A stretch of DNA of 64,000 nucleotides from Candidatus Binatia bacterium (GTDB lineage: Bacteria; Desulfobacterota; Binatia; UBA9968; JAJDTQ01). The stretch spans positions 2,720,001 to 2,784,000 of the forward strand of contig OY762897.2 in the NCBI GenBank assembly GCA_963666515.2, given 5' to 3'. The stretch's first letter is position 1. Each line of letters begins with the position of its first letter. Shown piece by piece: positions 33,351 to 43,216 of this stretch. A model generated the notes under the pieces. The model was not told the origin of the DNA. It saw only the letters and a list, made by a program, of their open reading frames with translations, and did not search any database. The position numbers and the translations under genes are program-made.

Positions 33351-34451
33351 ATGAAGATCGAGAGCCTGGGCAACTTCGAACGGGTGGACCGCAACGCCGA
33401 GGTGATGGACACACCCTACGACCGCTGGGTCGAGTCCCAGGGGGTGGACGTGATCCGGGGCTACTTCGTCCAGGACCTCAAGGAAGTGCCGATGAAGTGG
33501 TGGGACCGCAAGGGCGGCCACGGCGTCTACATCAACCTGGAAGGGGCCGGCTACCTGGACGACGCCTTCGTGGTGTCGATTCCGCCGGGCAAGAGCCTCA
33601 ACCCGGAGAAGCACATCTACGACGAGCTCGTCTACGTGCTGTCCGGCCGTGGCGCCACCACCCTGTGGCAAGGCGACGGCAAGGGGCAGAGCTTCGAGTG
33701 GCAGGAGGGAAGCCTGTTCGCGATTCCCGTGAACGCCACCTACCAGCACTTCAACGGGTCAGGCGACCGGGAGGCCAAGCTCCTGGGCGTGACCAACGCG
33801 CCGCTGGTCCACAACATCTTCCACAACGTGGACTTCGTGATGGGCAACTCCTACGTCTTCAGGGACCGCCTCGGCGACGACCAGGACTTCCGCGGCCATG
33901 CGCGCCTCTACAACGACCGGGTGCTGGAGACCAACTTCGTCCCGGACGTGGCCAACATCGAGCCCATCGCCTGGGAAGCCCGCGGCAAGGGCAGCCGCAC
34001 GGTGTTCTTCGAGCTGGTGAACAGCCACATGGGCGCCCACGTCTCCGAGTTCCCGGTGGGCCGCTACAAGAAGGCCCACCGCCACGGCCCCGGCGCCCAC
34101 GTGATGATCCTGTCCGGCGAAGGCTATTCGCTCATGTGGCCCGAGGGCGAGGAGAAGCAGCAGTTCATCTGGAAACCCGGCTCCCTGGTGGTGCCGCCCG
34201 AGGGCTGGTTCCACCAGCACTTCAACTCCGGCCCCCAGCCGGCCCGCTACCTCGCCCTCAAGATGCTGAGCCGCATGTTCAAGCTCGTCCCCGGCCCGAT
34301 CCAGTCCGACGTCCCCCTCAACCAGGGCGGCTGGCAGATCGAGCACGAAGACGAGGACGACGACGTCATCCAGCTCTTCGTCGACGCCTGCGGCGCCTCC
34401 GGCGCCAAGGTGGACATGACGCACATCCTGGAGCGGCAAGGGGCGGCGTAG
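33351..34451 (+). CDS. Bicupin protein (gentisate dioxygenase-like fold)
   Basis: Two cupin repeats (EKHIYDE...YQHFN; KAHRHGPG...FHQHFN). Confidence 0.8.
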   Translation: MKIESLGNFERVDRNAEVMDTPYDRWVESQGVDVIRGYFVQDLKEVPMKWWDRKGGHGVYINLEGAGYLDDAFVVSIPPGKSLNPEKHIYDELVYVLSGRGATTLWQGDGKGQSFEWQEGSLFAIPVNATYQHFNGSGDREAKLLGVTNAPLVHNIFHNVDFVMGNSYVFRDRLGDDQDFRGHARLYNDRVLETNFVPDVANIEPIAWEARGKGSRTVFFELVNSHMGAHVSEFPVGRYKKAHRHGPGAHVMILSGEGYSLMWPEGEEKQQFIWKPGSLVVPPEGWFHQHFNSGPQPARYLALKMLSRMFKLVPGPIQSDVPLNQGGWQIEHEDEDDDVIQLFVDACGASGAKVDMTHILERQGAA

Positions 34452-34559
34452 GGTTCGACGAAAATTCGCTTGCGAGGCCTCAACTGTAGCTTGTCCGACC
34501 GGCTTCTCGCTTTGGTCTTGTCCTGGGAATTCTGGGGTGTTAGTCTTTAACCCAGAATA

Positions 34560-37412
34560 ATGACGATCACGCCCAGAACCAACAAGTACCTGTACGAGAT
34601 CGAGCTTGGTGGCTCCCCTGCCGTCTTCGAGGAAAGCGGACAATATTTCCTCAGAGGCGAGGAAGCCTATCCGAGCTACGATGAGATCGAGTCATCGGAT
34701 GAGTTGCGCGATCCCAAAAAGGTCCAAAATGGACTGCGGCAAATTGACTGGACCTTCGCAACAGATGACACCGGGTTCCTCACGCACGATCTGCACCCGT
34801 ACCCCGCAAAGTTCATTCCACAGATACCGGGAAACTGCATAGCCCGCCTTTCCCTGCCCGGAGAAGTCGTTCTTGATCCTTTTGGAGGAAGCGGAACCAC
34901 GGCGCTGGAAGCTGTACGGTTGGGACGGAGGGCGTTCAGTATCGATGCCAACGCCGTTGGGACGCTTATAGGCAAGGTCAAGACCTGCAACCTTGACAGA
35001 ACAGCCACGGCGGACCTTCATTCACTACAAATCTTTCTCACAACGCGCCTCGTCGATTTGCCGACCGCAGACACACTGCGGGACGAATACGAGAAATGGA
35101 TTCCGGAGATTCCCAACGTAGAGAAGTGGTTCCCCACCTCTTCCTTGGGAGAACTCGCGATGATCCGCTCGAAGATCATGAAGATGGAAAGCGTCAAGGC
35201 ACGCGACATCTCATTCCTGGCACTTTCACGCATCGTCCTGAGCGTTTCCTTTCAAGACTCTGAAACCCGCTACTCAAGCAGACCCCGAGACGTTCCTCAA
35301 GGTGAAACGCTGAAACGCTTTCTGGTGGCTCTTGACATCATCATCAGGAATGTCCGTTGCACCCAGTCGGCAATCCGCTACGGCGTCAGTGACTTCCAAA
35401 CCGCTGACGCCAGAAGTCTTCTTCAGGGGATTTGCAAGGCCGATTCCGTCGACTTGATCGTGACGTCGCCACCGTACGGCAATGCCAATGACTATCATCT
35501 TTACCACAGGTTCAGACTCCTTTGGCTGGGTCACGATCCTCGTGCCCTTGCCAAGGTCGAGATCGGGTCTCACCTGCGCCACCAAAAGGAAGCGACCGGT
35601 TTCGACGCCTACCGCGGAGAAATGCAGGAGTGCCTCGCAGGTATGTACCGGGTCCTGAAACCCGGTCGCTATGCTGTCCTCGTTGTGGGAGACGCGATCT
35701 ACAAAAAGGTCCTCTACCACGGCGCCGAGTCACTCAAGGAGGAGGCCAAGGCCGTCGGCTTCGAATCAGTATCCATAATCGAACGTCGCCTGCACCAAAC
35801 GAAACGTTCTTTTGCCGCGGCCGGCAGGCGGGCCACTACGGAAAAGATATTGGTTCTTCGCAAACCTGCCACTGACCTCTCGGTCTGGTTTCAGGCGCCG
35901 CCGTACAGGCTCTGGCCGTACGAAAGTGTTCTTCGGGCTCGGGAGTTGACGACGCTCCTGGGCGTAAGACAGTCCGGAACGAACCGACCGCCCTTCTCGG
36001 CCACCCTGGACCCCTATACGGCAACAGAAGCGCGAAGGCTCGTCTTCACTCACGGCATCGGTCAAAGCGCGCTTGACGTCGCGCCCACGTGGCAGGCCAT
36101 GGTCGAAAACGGTCTCGCCGTGCAGCCATCGGCCCGGAAGGACCCCAAGTACGTCACCCACGGCCTGCACCCTTACAAAGGCAAGTTCTATCCTCAACTC
36201 GCCAAGGGCTTGATGAACCTGTGCGTACTGCCGCCGGGGACCACCGTTCTTGATCCGTTCTGCGGCAGCGGCACCACTCTCCTCGAAGCCTATCTCAACG
36301 GTCACCGGGCCTATGGATGTGACATGAACCCGTTGGCCGCCAAGATAGCAAACGCAAAAGTCGGAATATTGGAGGTCAACCCGGACGTCGTGAGGGACGC
36401 TCTGGGCACGCTGGTCAGTCGCCTCGAGAGCGCCCCAATCCAGCCTCCGAGAGACGTGGATCAGTTCGACGCGCGATGTCTGGATGAAATTGCAGACTGG
36501 TTTCCCGAGAAGGTCGTCTCGAAGATAAACTGGCTACTTCGATCAATCAGAGCGGTCAGCGACGGTGTGGTCCGCGATTTCCTCGAAATCGTGCTCAGCA
36601 GCATCATCCGCAATGTGTCGCATCAAGATCCGAATGACCTCCGAATCCGTCGCAGAAAAGACCCTATAGAAGACGCGGATGTCTTCGGCCTGTATCTGGA
36701 CGCATTGGATACACAGTACGAACGGATCGAGAAGTTCTGGTCAATCCGCGGCCATTCCCCTAGACGCTTTCACTCGTGCCGCGTAGCAGCGGGGGATTCC
36801 AGGGAAGCATGGGCTTTTGAACAAATCGGCCTTTCCGGGGCCAGCGTTGACTTGTTGCTCACCAGTCCCCCGTACGCGACCGCGCTACCTTACATCGACA
36901 CGGACCGGCTCTCTCTGCTGTTGCTCTTCAACATGGACTCGTCCTCGCGGAGGCCGGTCGAACATGACCTGATCGGTAGCCGGGAAATAGTCGGGAAAAG
37001 GAAGAAAGCCTTGGAGGACGGCATCCATGACCCCGAAGTCACCAGGCCCGAGAGCGTTCGGGTGTTTCTTCAGGATCTCCAGGAGCGCGTGGCTTCGGCC
37101 GATGTAGGCTTCAGGAGGAAGAACATGCCCGCTCTGCTGGCACGCTTCTTTTGCGACATGGACGCTGTCATGACCCAATGCCGGCGGGTCATGCGGCCCG
37201 GCGCGGAAGCGATGATCGTGATCGGCGATAATCGGATGCGACTAGACACCGATTACGAAAGAATACCCACCACCGACCTCGTGCAGGACATTGCGGTTGC
37301 AAGAGGCTTCTCCCTTGTGGAACGGATCGACATTTCAGTCACGACAGAAAACCTGGTCCACATCAGGAACGCCATCACAAAGAATGTCGTGCTCAGACTT
37401 TGCCGGTCGTGA
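34560..37412 (+). CDS. Fused double DNA amino-methyltransferase (two alpha-class domains, probably N4-cytosine)
   Basis: Two copies of HPYxxKF, DPFxGSGTT and TSPPY in motif I to motif IV order; lower GC than flanks. Confidence 0.88.
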   Translation: MTITPRTNKYLYEIELGGSPAVFEESGQYFLRGEEAYPSYDEIESSDELRDPKKVQNGLRQIDWTFATDDTGFLTHDLHPYPAKFIPQIPGNCIARLSLPGEVVLDPFGGSGTTALEAVRLGRRAFSIDANAVGTLIGKVKTCNLDRTATADLHSLQIFLTTRLVDLPTADTLRDEYEKWIPEIPNVEKWFPTSSLGELAMIRSKIMKMESVKARDISFLALSRIVLSVSFQDSETRYSSRPRDVPQGETLKRFLVALDIIIRNVRCTQSAIRYGVSDFQTADARSLLQGICKADSVDLIVTSPPYGNANDYHLYHRFRLLWLGHDPRALAKVEIGSHLRHQKEATGFDAYRGEMQECLAGMYRVLKPGRYAVLVVGDAIYKKVLYHGAESLKEEAKAVGFESVSIIERRLHQTKRSFAAAGRRATTEKILVLRKPATDLSVWFQAPPYRLWPYESVLRARELTTLLGVRQSGTNRPPFSATLDPYTATEARRLVFTHGIGQSALDVAPTWQAMVENGLAVQPSARKDPKYVTHGLHPYKGKFYPQLAKGLMNLCVLPPGTTVLDPFCGSGTTLLEAYLNGHRAYGCDMNPLAAKIANAKVGILEVNPDVVRDALGTLVSRLESAPIQPPRDVDQFDARCLDEIADWFPEKVVSKINWLLRSIRAVSDGVVRDFLEIVLSSIIRNVSHQDPNDLRIRRRKDPIEDADVFGLYLDALDTQYERIEKFWSIRGHSPRRFHSCRVAAGDSREAWAFEQIGLSGASVDLLLTSPPYATALPYIDTDRLSLLLLFNMDSSSRRPVEHDLIGSREIVGKRKKALEDGIHDPEVTRPESVRVFLQDLQERVASADVGFRRKNMPALLARFFCDMDAVMTQCRRVMRPGAEAMIVIGDNRMRLDTDYERIPTTDLVQDIAVARGFSLVERIDISVTTENLVHIRNAITKNVVLRLCRS

Positions 37413-37430
37413 CTTGCCGCCAGGAGCGCG

Positions 37431-38675
37431 TTACGCGTAGCCGAACCGACGTGGGCTGTTCTGTACCGGCTGCGTGCAACAACCCACCCAGGCCTTGTAT
37501 TCCGCAGTACCCTGACGAGCAAGCACGCACTCGTACTCAGCGTCGGGAGCCGAAATCCGCCGTATACGGACCACGTCCCCTGCATCCGCGCCCGCGTCAA
37601 CAAGAGGGCGAATATAGAATCGGAAGTCCGAGCTGTTCTCGTACATATACATCCGGACTTCCTGGACCGTCACCTCGTCAGGAGAACCGGCACTGAGAAA
37701 CCGCCAGATTGGCCTCCAGTTCCAATAAACACGGGTTTTCCCGGTCCGAGGACTTTCGTCTCTGGTGTACTCGCCTTGCCAGCCCCAGAACTCTTTCGCC
37801 AACCGCACCGCTTCAAGCGGTACTCTCGCCTCACCGGGAATGCTGCTGCCCTGCAACTTCGGAAGGGTCATGTAGAATGCGGCCGGCAGCAAAGGGTCGC
37901 TTGCCGCGTCATCAATGGGCGGCCGCTGGGGCTCTTGCGACGCCTTGCGTCCACCTTTTCGGGCTTCTCTGCTCCGTCGACGGACGTCCTTCAGAAGACG
38001 TTCGAGGAGGATCGCCGGCAACGGTGGAGGCGGTTCAATATCCTCGGTTCCGAAGGTGAATGCTCCATGCGCGCGTTGACCCCTTTTCTTCCTCCCGGCA
38101 ACGTCTCTCCCGATGCGCGCCTCCGCTTCCGTTGGAATCTCCTTGTTGGCGATCAGTTTACCGAGCAAACCATCCGTGAGTCTGCGAGCCGTCGGGCCAC
38201 TTGGGTGGAGAAACCGGTCCAGAGACTTGCAGGCCTCGTTGAAGGCTGCCTCATCAGATGGGATCAGATACGTGACCAGGGCCGCGCTTTCGTAGTTCCG
38301 AAAGAACCCTCCTTCGGTAAGGTTGTTCGATCCTGTGATAATCGTCGCACGGTCGTGCCACTCAAAAAGGTACAGCTTCGGGTGGAACGTATGGCCCGGC
38401 ACGCGGTGCTTGACCACGTATACATCGACAGCCCAGTCCAGCAGTTCCTTCAGTACTTCTTGACTCGTACCACCAAGATCGATTCCCAGAACGAACCTTA
38501 TGTCCGTGCCGGAGGCGTGGAGTTCAAGAATGTCCTCCTTGATCCGGATGACCGTCTGAAGTCCAACGAAGGCAGAGACGAAGACGACACGCGACGGTCT
38601 TGGGTCCGATTCAAGCATTCCTGCCAGAACGAGCCCAAGTTGTGTATCAGGCTGCGCTATATACTCTACATGCAT
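37431..38675 (-). CDS. PLD-family restriction endonuclease (BfiI/NgoFVII-like)
   Basis: SAFV, FHPKLYLF (HxK), GSNNLTEGG, NYE; C-terminal domain with GDVVRI; convergent with the MTase. Confidence 0.82.
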   Translation of the reverse strand: MHVEYIAQPDTQLGLVLAGMLESDPRPSRVVFVSAFVGLQTVIRIKEDILELHASGTDIRFVLGIDLGGTSQEVLKELLDWAVDVYVVKHRVPGHTFHPKLYLFEWHDRATIITGSNNLTEGGFFRNYESAALVTYLIPSDEAAFNEACKSLDRFLHPSGPTARRLTDGLLGKLIANKEIPTEAEARIGRDVAGRKKRGQRAHGAFTFGTEDIEPPPPLPAILLERLLKDVRRRSREARKGGRKASQEPQRPPIDDAASDPLLPAAFYMTLPKLQGSSIPGEARVPLEAVRLAKEFWGWQGEYTRDESPRTGKTRVYWNWRPIWRFLSAGSPDEVTVQEVRMYMYENSSDFRFYIRPLVDAGADAGDVVRIRRISAPDAEYECVLARQGTAEYKAWVGCCTQPVQNSPRRFGYA

Positions 38676-38771
38676 CTACAGATGGACGCCGATTCTCATC
38701 TTGGTGTGCTTACCCTTTGCAGGAGGGTACCCGCGCTCCCTGTGGCGTACTCCGACCCCTGATAGGTACCC

Positions 38772-39734
38772 CTACTGCGGCCTTAGCCGCTCGATGGTCG
38801 CGATGTAGTCCTTGATGCCGGCTTCGAGGTCGTAGGCCGGGGTGAAGCCCAGGTGCTCCTTGGCCTTGCTGATGTCGAAGATGCAGTAGCTCTTCTTCTC
38901 GGTCATGCGGAACTCCAGACCGGAGCTGATCTCGATCTTGCTGTCCGGATAGAGCCCGCCGAGGATGCGCTTGAAGTCGTGGAGCGTGACACCCACGCCG
39001 GTGCCGATGTTAAAGGTGCGCTCAGCCGGGTCCTTGACCTGAAGGCCCAGGATGATGGAGCGGGCCACGTCGCCCACGTAGAGGGCCTCGTTGGACTGGT
39101 CTCCACCCTCGGCCGAGAAGCCTTCTCCGGACATCACCTTCTCGATCATCTGGCCGTAGAGCGACAGCGCGCCGTGGCGCACTTCTTTGCCGGGACCGTA
39201 GATGGAGCCGAAGCGCAGCACCACCGAGCTGACGCCGTACTTCTTCTGGTAGTAGGTGCACAGGGTCTCGCAGCAGACCTTGATGGTGCCGTAGAGGTCC
39301 GCCGGGTTCTGGGGGTGCTCCTCGTTCACGGGCACGTAATCGGGGTAGGCATGTTTCCCGAAGATCTCGCCGTACACCGCCTTTGAGCTGGTGAACACCA
39401 CCCGCTCCAGGCCCCGGTGCCGCGCGATCTCCAGCACGTTGAGGGTTCCGTCCACGCCGACCTTGATGCCCAGCGCCGGGTCCGTCTCCGCCGGAATGGG
39501 CATCAGCGCGGCCAGATGGGCGACGTGGGTGATGCCGTTGTCGACGATGATCTTGTCCAGGCCCTCAGGGTCCAGGATATCCCCGATCACCAGGTCCACG
39601 TCCTTCTCGATATCCGAGATCAGCGAAGTGTCCATCCGGTTGTCCATCAGCACCGGCCGCACACCGTCCCGGATCAGATGCCTCGCGGTGACCGCGCCGT
39701 TGACGCCCATGCCGCCCGTGATCAGAATCTTCAT
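38772..39734 (-). CDS. NAD-dependent epimerase/dehydratase (extended SDR)
   Basis: ITGGMGVNG, HLAA, YGTIK, LRFGSIYGPG. Confidence 0.9.
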   Translation of the reverse strand: MKILITGGMGVNGAVTARHLIRDGVRPVLMDNRMDTSLISDIEKDVDLVIGDILDPEGLDKIIVDNGITHVAHLAALMPIPAETDPALGIKVGVDGTLNVLEIARHRGLERVVFTSSKAVYGEIFGKHAYPDYVPVNEEHPQNPADLYGTIKVCCETLCTYYQKKYGVSSVVLRFGSIYGPGKEVRHGALSLYGQMIEKVMSGEGFSAEGGDQSNEALYVGDVARSIILGLQVKDPAERTFNIGTGVGVTLHDFKRILGGLYPDSKIEISSGLEFRMTEKKSYCIFDISKAKEHLGFTPAYDLEAGIKDYIATIERLRPQ

Positions 39735-39786
39735 GTGATGCCTCCGTCCCGCCCGTTTTCTTCGGGCGGATTGATTCGCGTTTGCG

Positions 39787-41856
39787 TCACGCCGTGCGCG
39801 TGAGATCCAGATTGCCCTCCGGGTCGACGCGTAGCGCCCAGCCCGGCTCCACCACCGTGGTGGAGGTCTTCTCCTCGACGATGACCGGGCCGTCCAGCGT
39901 TGCGCCCGGCGCCAGATCGTCCCGGCGGAACACCGGCGCGTCGTGCACGCCGTCGAGCATGACGGCGCGGCGGCGCTCCGCGGCCGCGGGCTCCCGCGCG
40001 CCCGTGTCCCCGCCCCGGGACAGCTCCGGCTTGCCGAGCGACGCGTAGGCGGACGCCCGCAGGTTCACCACCTCCACCACCTCGTCGGCCCGGTGGCCGT
40101 AGCGCTGCTCGTGGGCCTGGCCGAACCGCTCGCAGATCTCCTCGACGTTGAGCTTCGCGGGATCCTTGGCGATGGGCACGGTCAATTCGTAGGCCTGCTC
40201 ACGGTAACGCATGTCCAGCAGCCATTCAACACGGATCCGGTCGGGGGACGGCCCCTGGGAGGCCAGCTCGCGCCGGACCTCGTCCTCCAGCTCGCGCAGG
40301 GCCGTCACCGCGTCGGCCAGCGTGTCCGGGTCGAGAGCGAAGACCTTCGTGGTCACCGCGTCCGAGCGCAGGTCGGACAGCAGCATGCCGAAGGCGCTGA
40401 AGTTGCCCGGGTCCGCGGGCACCAGGATGCGCCCGATGCCCAGCGACGAAGCCACCGCGGTGGCCAGCGTCGGCCCCATGCCGCCGAAGGGCGCGAGCAC
40501 GAAGTCCGCGGGATTGAAGCCGCGCTCGATGGTGATGGTGCGCATGGAGGCGACGATGTTGGCCACCAGCACGCGCAGGATTCCCAGCGCCGCGTCGTCC
40601 TCCGACATGCCCAGAGGCGCGGCCACTTCCCCGCGGATGGCCTCGGCCGACAGCTCCGCGTCGATGGCCATCTCGCCCTGGAGCAGCGCCCGGGGATTCA
40701 GGTGGCGGAGCTGCACCAGCGCGTCGGTCAACGTGGGCTGGCCGCCGCCGCGCATGTAGCAGGCCGGTCCGGGGACCGCCCCGGCGCTCTGCGGCCCCAC
40801 CTGGAGCACCTTGCCGTAGCGCACCTGGGCCAGGCTGCCGCCGCCCGCCCCCAGGCTCTCCACCTCCACCGAGTCCACGCGCACGGGATGGCGCCCGATG
40901 CGCCACTCGGTGCGGAACAGCGGCTTTCCCGGTATCAGCGACATGTCGCTGCTGGTGCCGCCGATGTCCAGCGAGATGAGGTTGGAGACGCCGTTGCGCG
41001 CCCCCAGCTCGTAGGCCGCCACCACCCCCGCCACCGGTCCGGACATGAGCGTCTGCACCGGGAAGCGGGCCATGGCCCTGGGCGCGCCGATGCCGCCGTT
41101 GGACTTCATGAGGAAGGGATGGGCCGCGGGGAAGTGCCGCAGCACGGTCTCTTCCATGCCAGCGAAGTACTGTTCCATGCGCGGGCCGAGGTAGGCATTC
41201 AGCACGGTGGTGGCGGTGCGCTCGTACTCGCGCCACACCGGGTTCACCTCCGACGACAGCGACACGAACAGGTCCGGGTAGCGTGAACGGATGTGCTCCG
41301 CGGCCAGCCGCTCGTGCTCCGGGTTCACGTAGGAGAACAGGAAAGCGATGGCCAGCGCTTCGATGCCCTGCTCCATGAGCCCGGCCATGGCCTCGTCGAT
41401 GGCGTCCACGTCCAGGGGCACCAGCACCTCGCCGGACTTGCCGATGCGCTCCGGGACCTCCGCCACCCGCCGCCGCGGCACGAAGCGCTTGCCGCCGGGA
41501 TAGAAGATGTTGAAGACTTCTTCGCCCTTCCACTGGCGGGCGATCTCATAGACGTCGCGGAACCCCCGCGTGGTCAGCAGGCCGGTGCGGCTGCCCTTCT
41601 CCTCCAGCACCGAGTTGAGCGCGTGGGTGGAGCCGTGGAGCAGGTAGGATAGTGCATCGGCGCCCCACTTGGCGCGCAGGTCCGCCAGCACCCCGCCCAG
41701 CACATCCAGCGGCGCCGCGGGATTGGACGGCACCTTGCGCACCTCGCGGATGCGCCCCGTCTCCTCCTCCAGGACCGTGACGTCCGTGAAGGTGCCGCCG
41801 ACGTCGATGCCGATGCGCAATCCCGCGCCGGATTCCTCCATGGTCTTCGCCTTCAC
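39787..41856 (-). CDS. Hydantoinase/oxoprolinase subunit A
   Basis: GIDVGGTFTD, SGPVAG, DIGGTSSD, VGPQSAGAVPGPACY. Confidence 0.93.
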   Translation of the reverse strand: MKAKTMEESGAGLRIGIDVGGTFTDVTVLEEETGRIREVRKVPSNPAAPLDVLGGVLADLRAKWGADALSYLLHGSTHALNSVLEEKGSRTGLLTTRGFRDVYEIARQWKGEEVFNIFYPGGKRFVPRRRVAEVPERIGKSGEVLVPLDVDAIDEAMAGLMEQGIEALAIAFLFSYVNPEHERLAAEHIRSRYPDLFVSLSSEVNPVWREYERTATTVLNAYLGPRMEQYFAGMEETVLRHFPAAHPFLMKSNGGIGAPRAMARFPVQTLMSGPVAGVVAAYELGARNGVSNLISLDIGGTSSDMSLIPGKPLFRTEWRIGRHPVRVDSVEVESLGAGGGSLAQVRYGKVLQVGPQSAGAVPGPACYMRGGGQPTLTDALVQLRHLNPRALLQGEMAIDAELSAEAIRGEVAAPLGMSEDDAALGILRVLVANIVASMRTITIERGFNPADFVLAPFGGMGPTLATAVASSLGIGRILVPADPGNFSAFGMLLSDLRSDAVTTKVFALDPDTLADAVTALRELEDEVRRELASQGPSPDRIRVEWLLDMRYREQAYELTVPIAKDPAKLNVEEICERFGQAHEQRYGHRADEVVEVVNLRASAYASLGKPELSRGGDTGAREPAAAERRRAVMLDGVHDAPVFRRDDLAPGATLDGPVIVEEKTSTTVVEPGWALRVDPEGNLDLTRTA

Positions 41857-41908
41857 GTGTTGAGCCGACTTTCACCACGGGCGAAGGCAGCGCAACACAG
41901 GCGGCCTG

Positions 41909-43189
41909 TCACCGTGGCTTCCCCGGCGCGAGCGTGGCGCGTCCGGCCGCCCGATGCTTCACCACGAACAGCACGAACCCGCCGAGCCCCACCACCGTGG
42001 TGGCAAGGAACATAGCGGGATAGTTGTTGCCGGTAAAGTTGAGCATGATGCCGGCCAGCACCCCGCCGCCGCCGATGGCGAGGTCGTAGAACAGGTGGTA
42101 CTGGGCCATGCTGAGGCCCCACTGGTCCCGCGGCGCCAGGTCCACGGCCATGGTCATGAGCGCGGCGTGGACGGAGCCGTAGCCGAACCCCAGGATGGCC
42201 GCGGAGACCAGCAGCATCATGGGCGAGCGCGCCATCACCAGCACCAGCATGCCCACCAGGGCCAGCAGGTAGGTCGGGATGACCACGAACGGGCGGCCCT
42301 TGCGGTCGGAGAGCGGGCCGAAGATGGGCCTGCCCACCACCACCGCCACCGCGAAGACGCTGAACCAGATGCCCGGATCGCCCCCCATTTCCAGGGCGTA
42401 GAGGGACAGGAAGGCGATGATGCTGCCGCGAGAGATGCCCAGAAGACCCATGCTCACCGCCGGCACGAGGGATTGGGGCAGGATGAAGGTCTCGAACCAG
42501 CGCCGGCGCCGGCGCGCGGGCTTGTCCTTCGCCGGCGAGGGGATCAGGACCGCCGACAGCAGGCCGAACCCCGCGGCCGCGGCGCCGCTGGCGAACACCG
42601 TCGGGAATCCCAGGCGGCCGACGATCCAGAAGGCGACGGCCGGCGCGATGGAGTAGGCCACGGTGCTCACCGCCCCGGAGTAGCTGATGAGGGTGCCGCG
42701 CAGGTGGTCGGGCGCGATGTCCGCCACCAGCGTGCCGATGGCCGTGGTGCATCCCGACCACCCGAAGCCGTGGTACGTGCGCAGGAGCAGCGCCACCAGC
42801 ACCGAGCCGGTCCAGATGTAGCCGGTGGCCGCGGTGATGAAGATGGTCAGCCCGCCCACGAGAAAGACCTTGCTGCCCAGGCGGTCGATGTAGGCGCCCA
42901 CCAGCGGCCGCACCCAGGTGGCGCCGAGCGGGAACGCGGCCATCACCACGCCGATCATGAACGGGCTCGCGCCCATGTTCTTGAGGTAGACCGGGAACAC
43001 CGGCTCGATCAGGAACATGGCGAAGAAAAGCCCGAAGCGGGCGCCGCAGGTCAGGAGGAAGTCCCGGAGCCAAGCCCTCGGCGCTCCGGAATCCGGGAGG
43101 GGCGGAGGAGCGTCACGGCCGTGTTTGCCCGGCCCCGCCCCTGGATTCCGGCTTTCGCCGGAATGACGGGTTCCGGGGTGTAGCGCCAT
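41909..43189 (-). CDS. MFS transporter
   Basis: GAYIDRLGSK and GPLSDRKGRP motif A; about 12 TM segments. Confidence 0.88.
   Translation of the reverse strand: MALHPGTRHSGESRNPGAGPGKHGRDAPPPLPDSGAPRAWLRDFLLTCGARFGLFFAMFLIEPVFPVYLKNMGASPFMIGVVMAAFPLGATWVRPLVGAYIDRLGSKVFLVGGLTIFITAATGYIWTGSVLVALLLRTYHGFGWSGCTTAIGTLVADIAPDHLRGTLISYSGAVSTVAYSIAPAVAFWIVGRLGFPTVFASGAAAAGFGLLSAVLIPSPAKDKPARRRRRWFETFILPQSLVPAVSMGLLGISRGSIIAFLSLYALEMGGDPGIWFSVFAVAVVVGRPIFGPLSDRKGRPFVVIPTYLLALVGMLVLVMARSPMMLLVSAAILGFGYGSVHAALMTMAVDLAPRDQWGLSMAQYHLFYDLAIGGGGVLAGIMLNFTGNNYPAMFLATTVVGLGGFVLFVVKHRAAGRATLAPGKPR
43141..43167. repeat. REP-like palindrome inside the MFS 5' coding region
   Basis: ctggattccggctttcgccggaatgac; read in frame as RHSGESRNP. 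Confidence 0.8.
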
Positions 43190-43216
43190 TCTCGTGCCGA
43201 TCCGCGCGGGCGCCGA

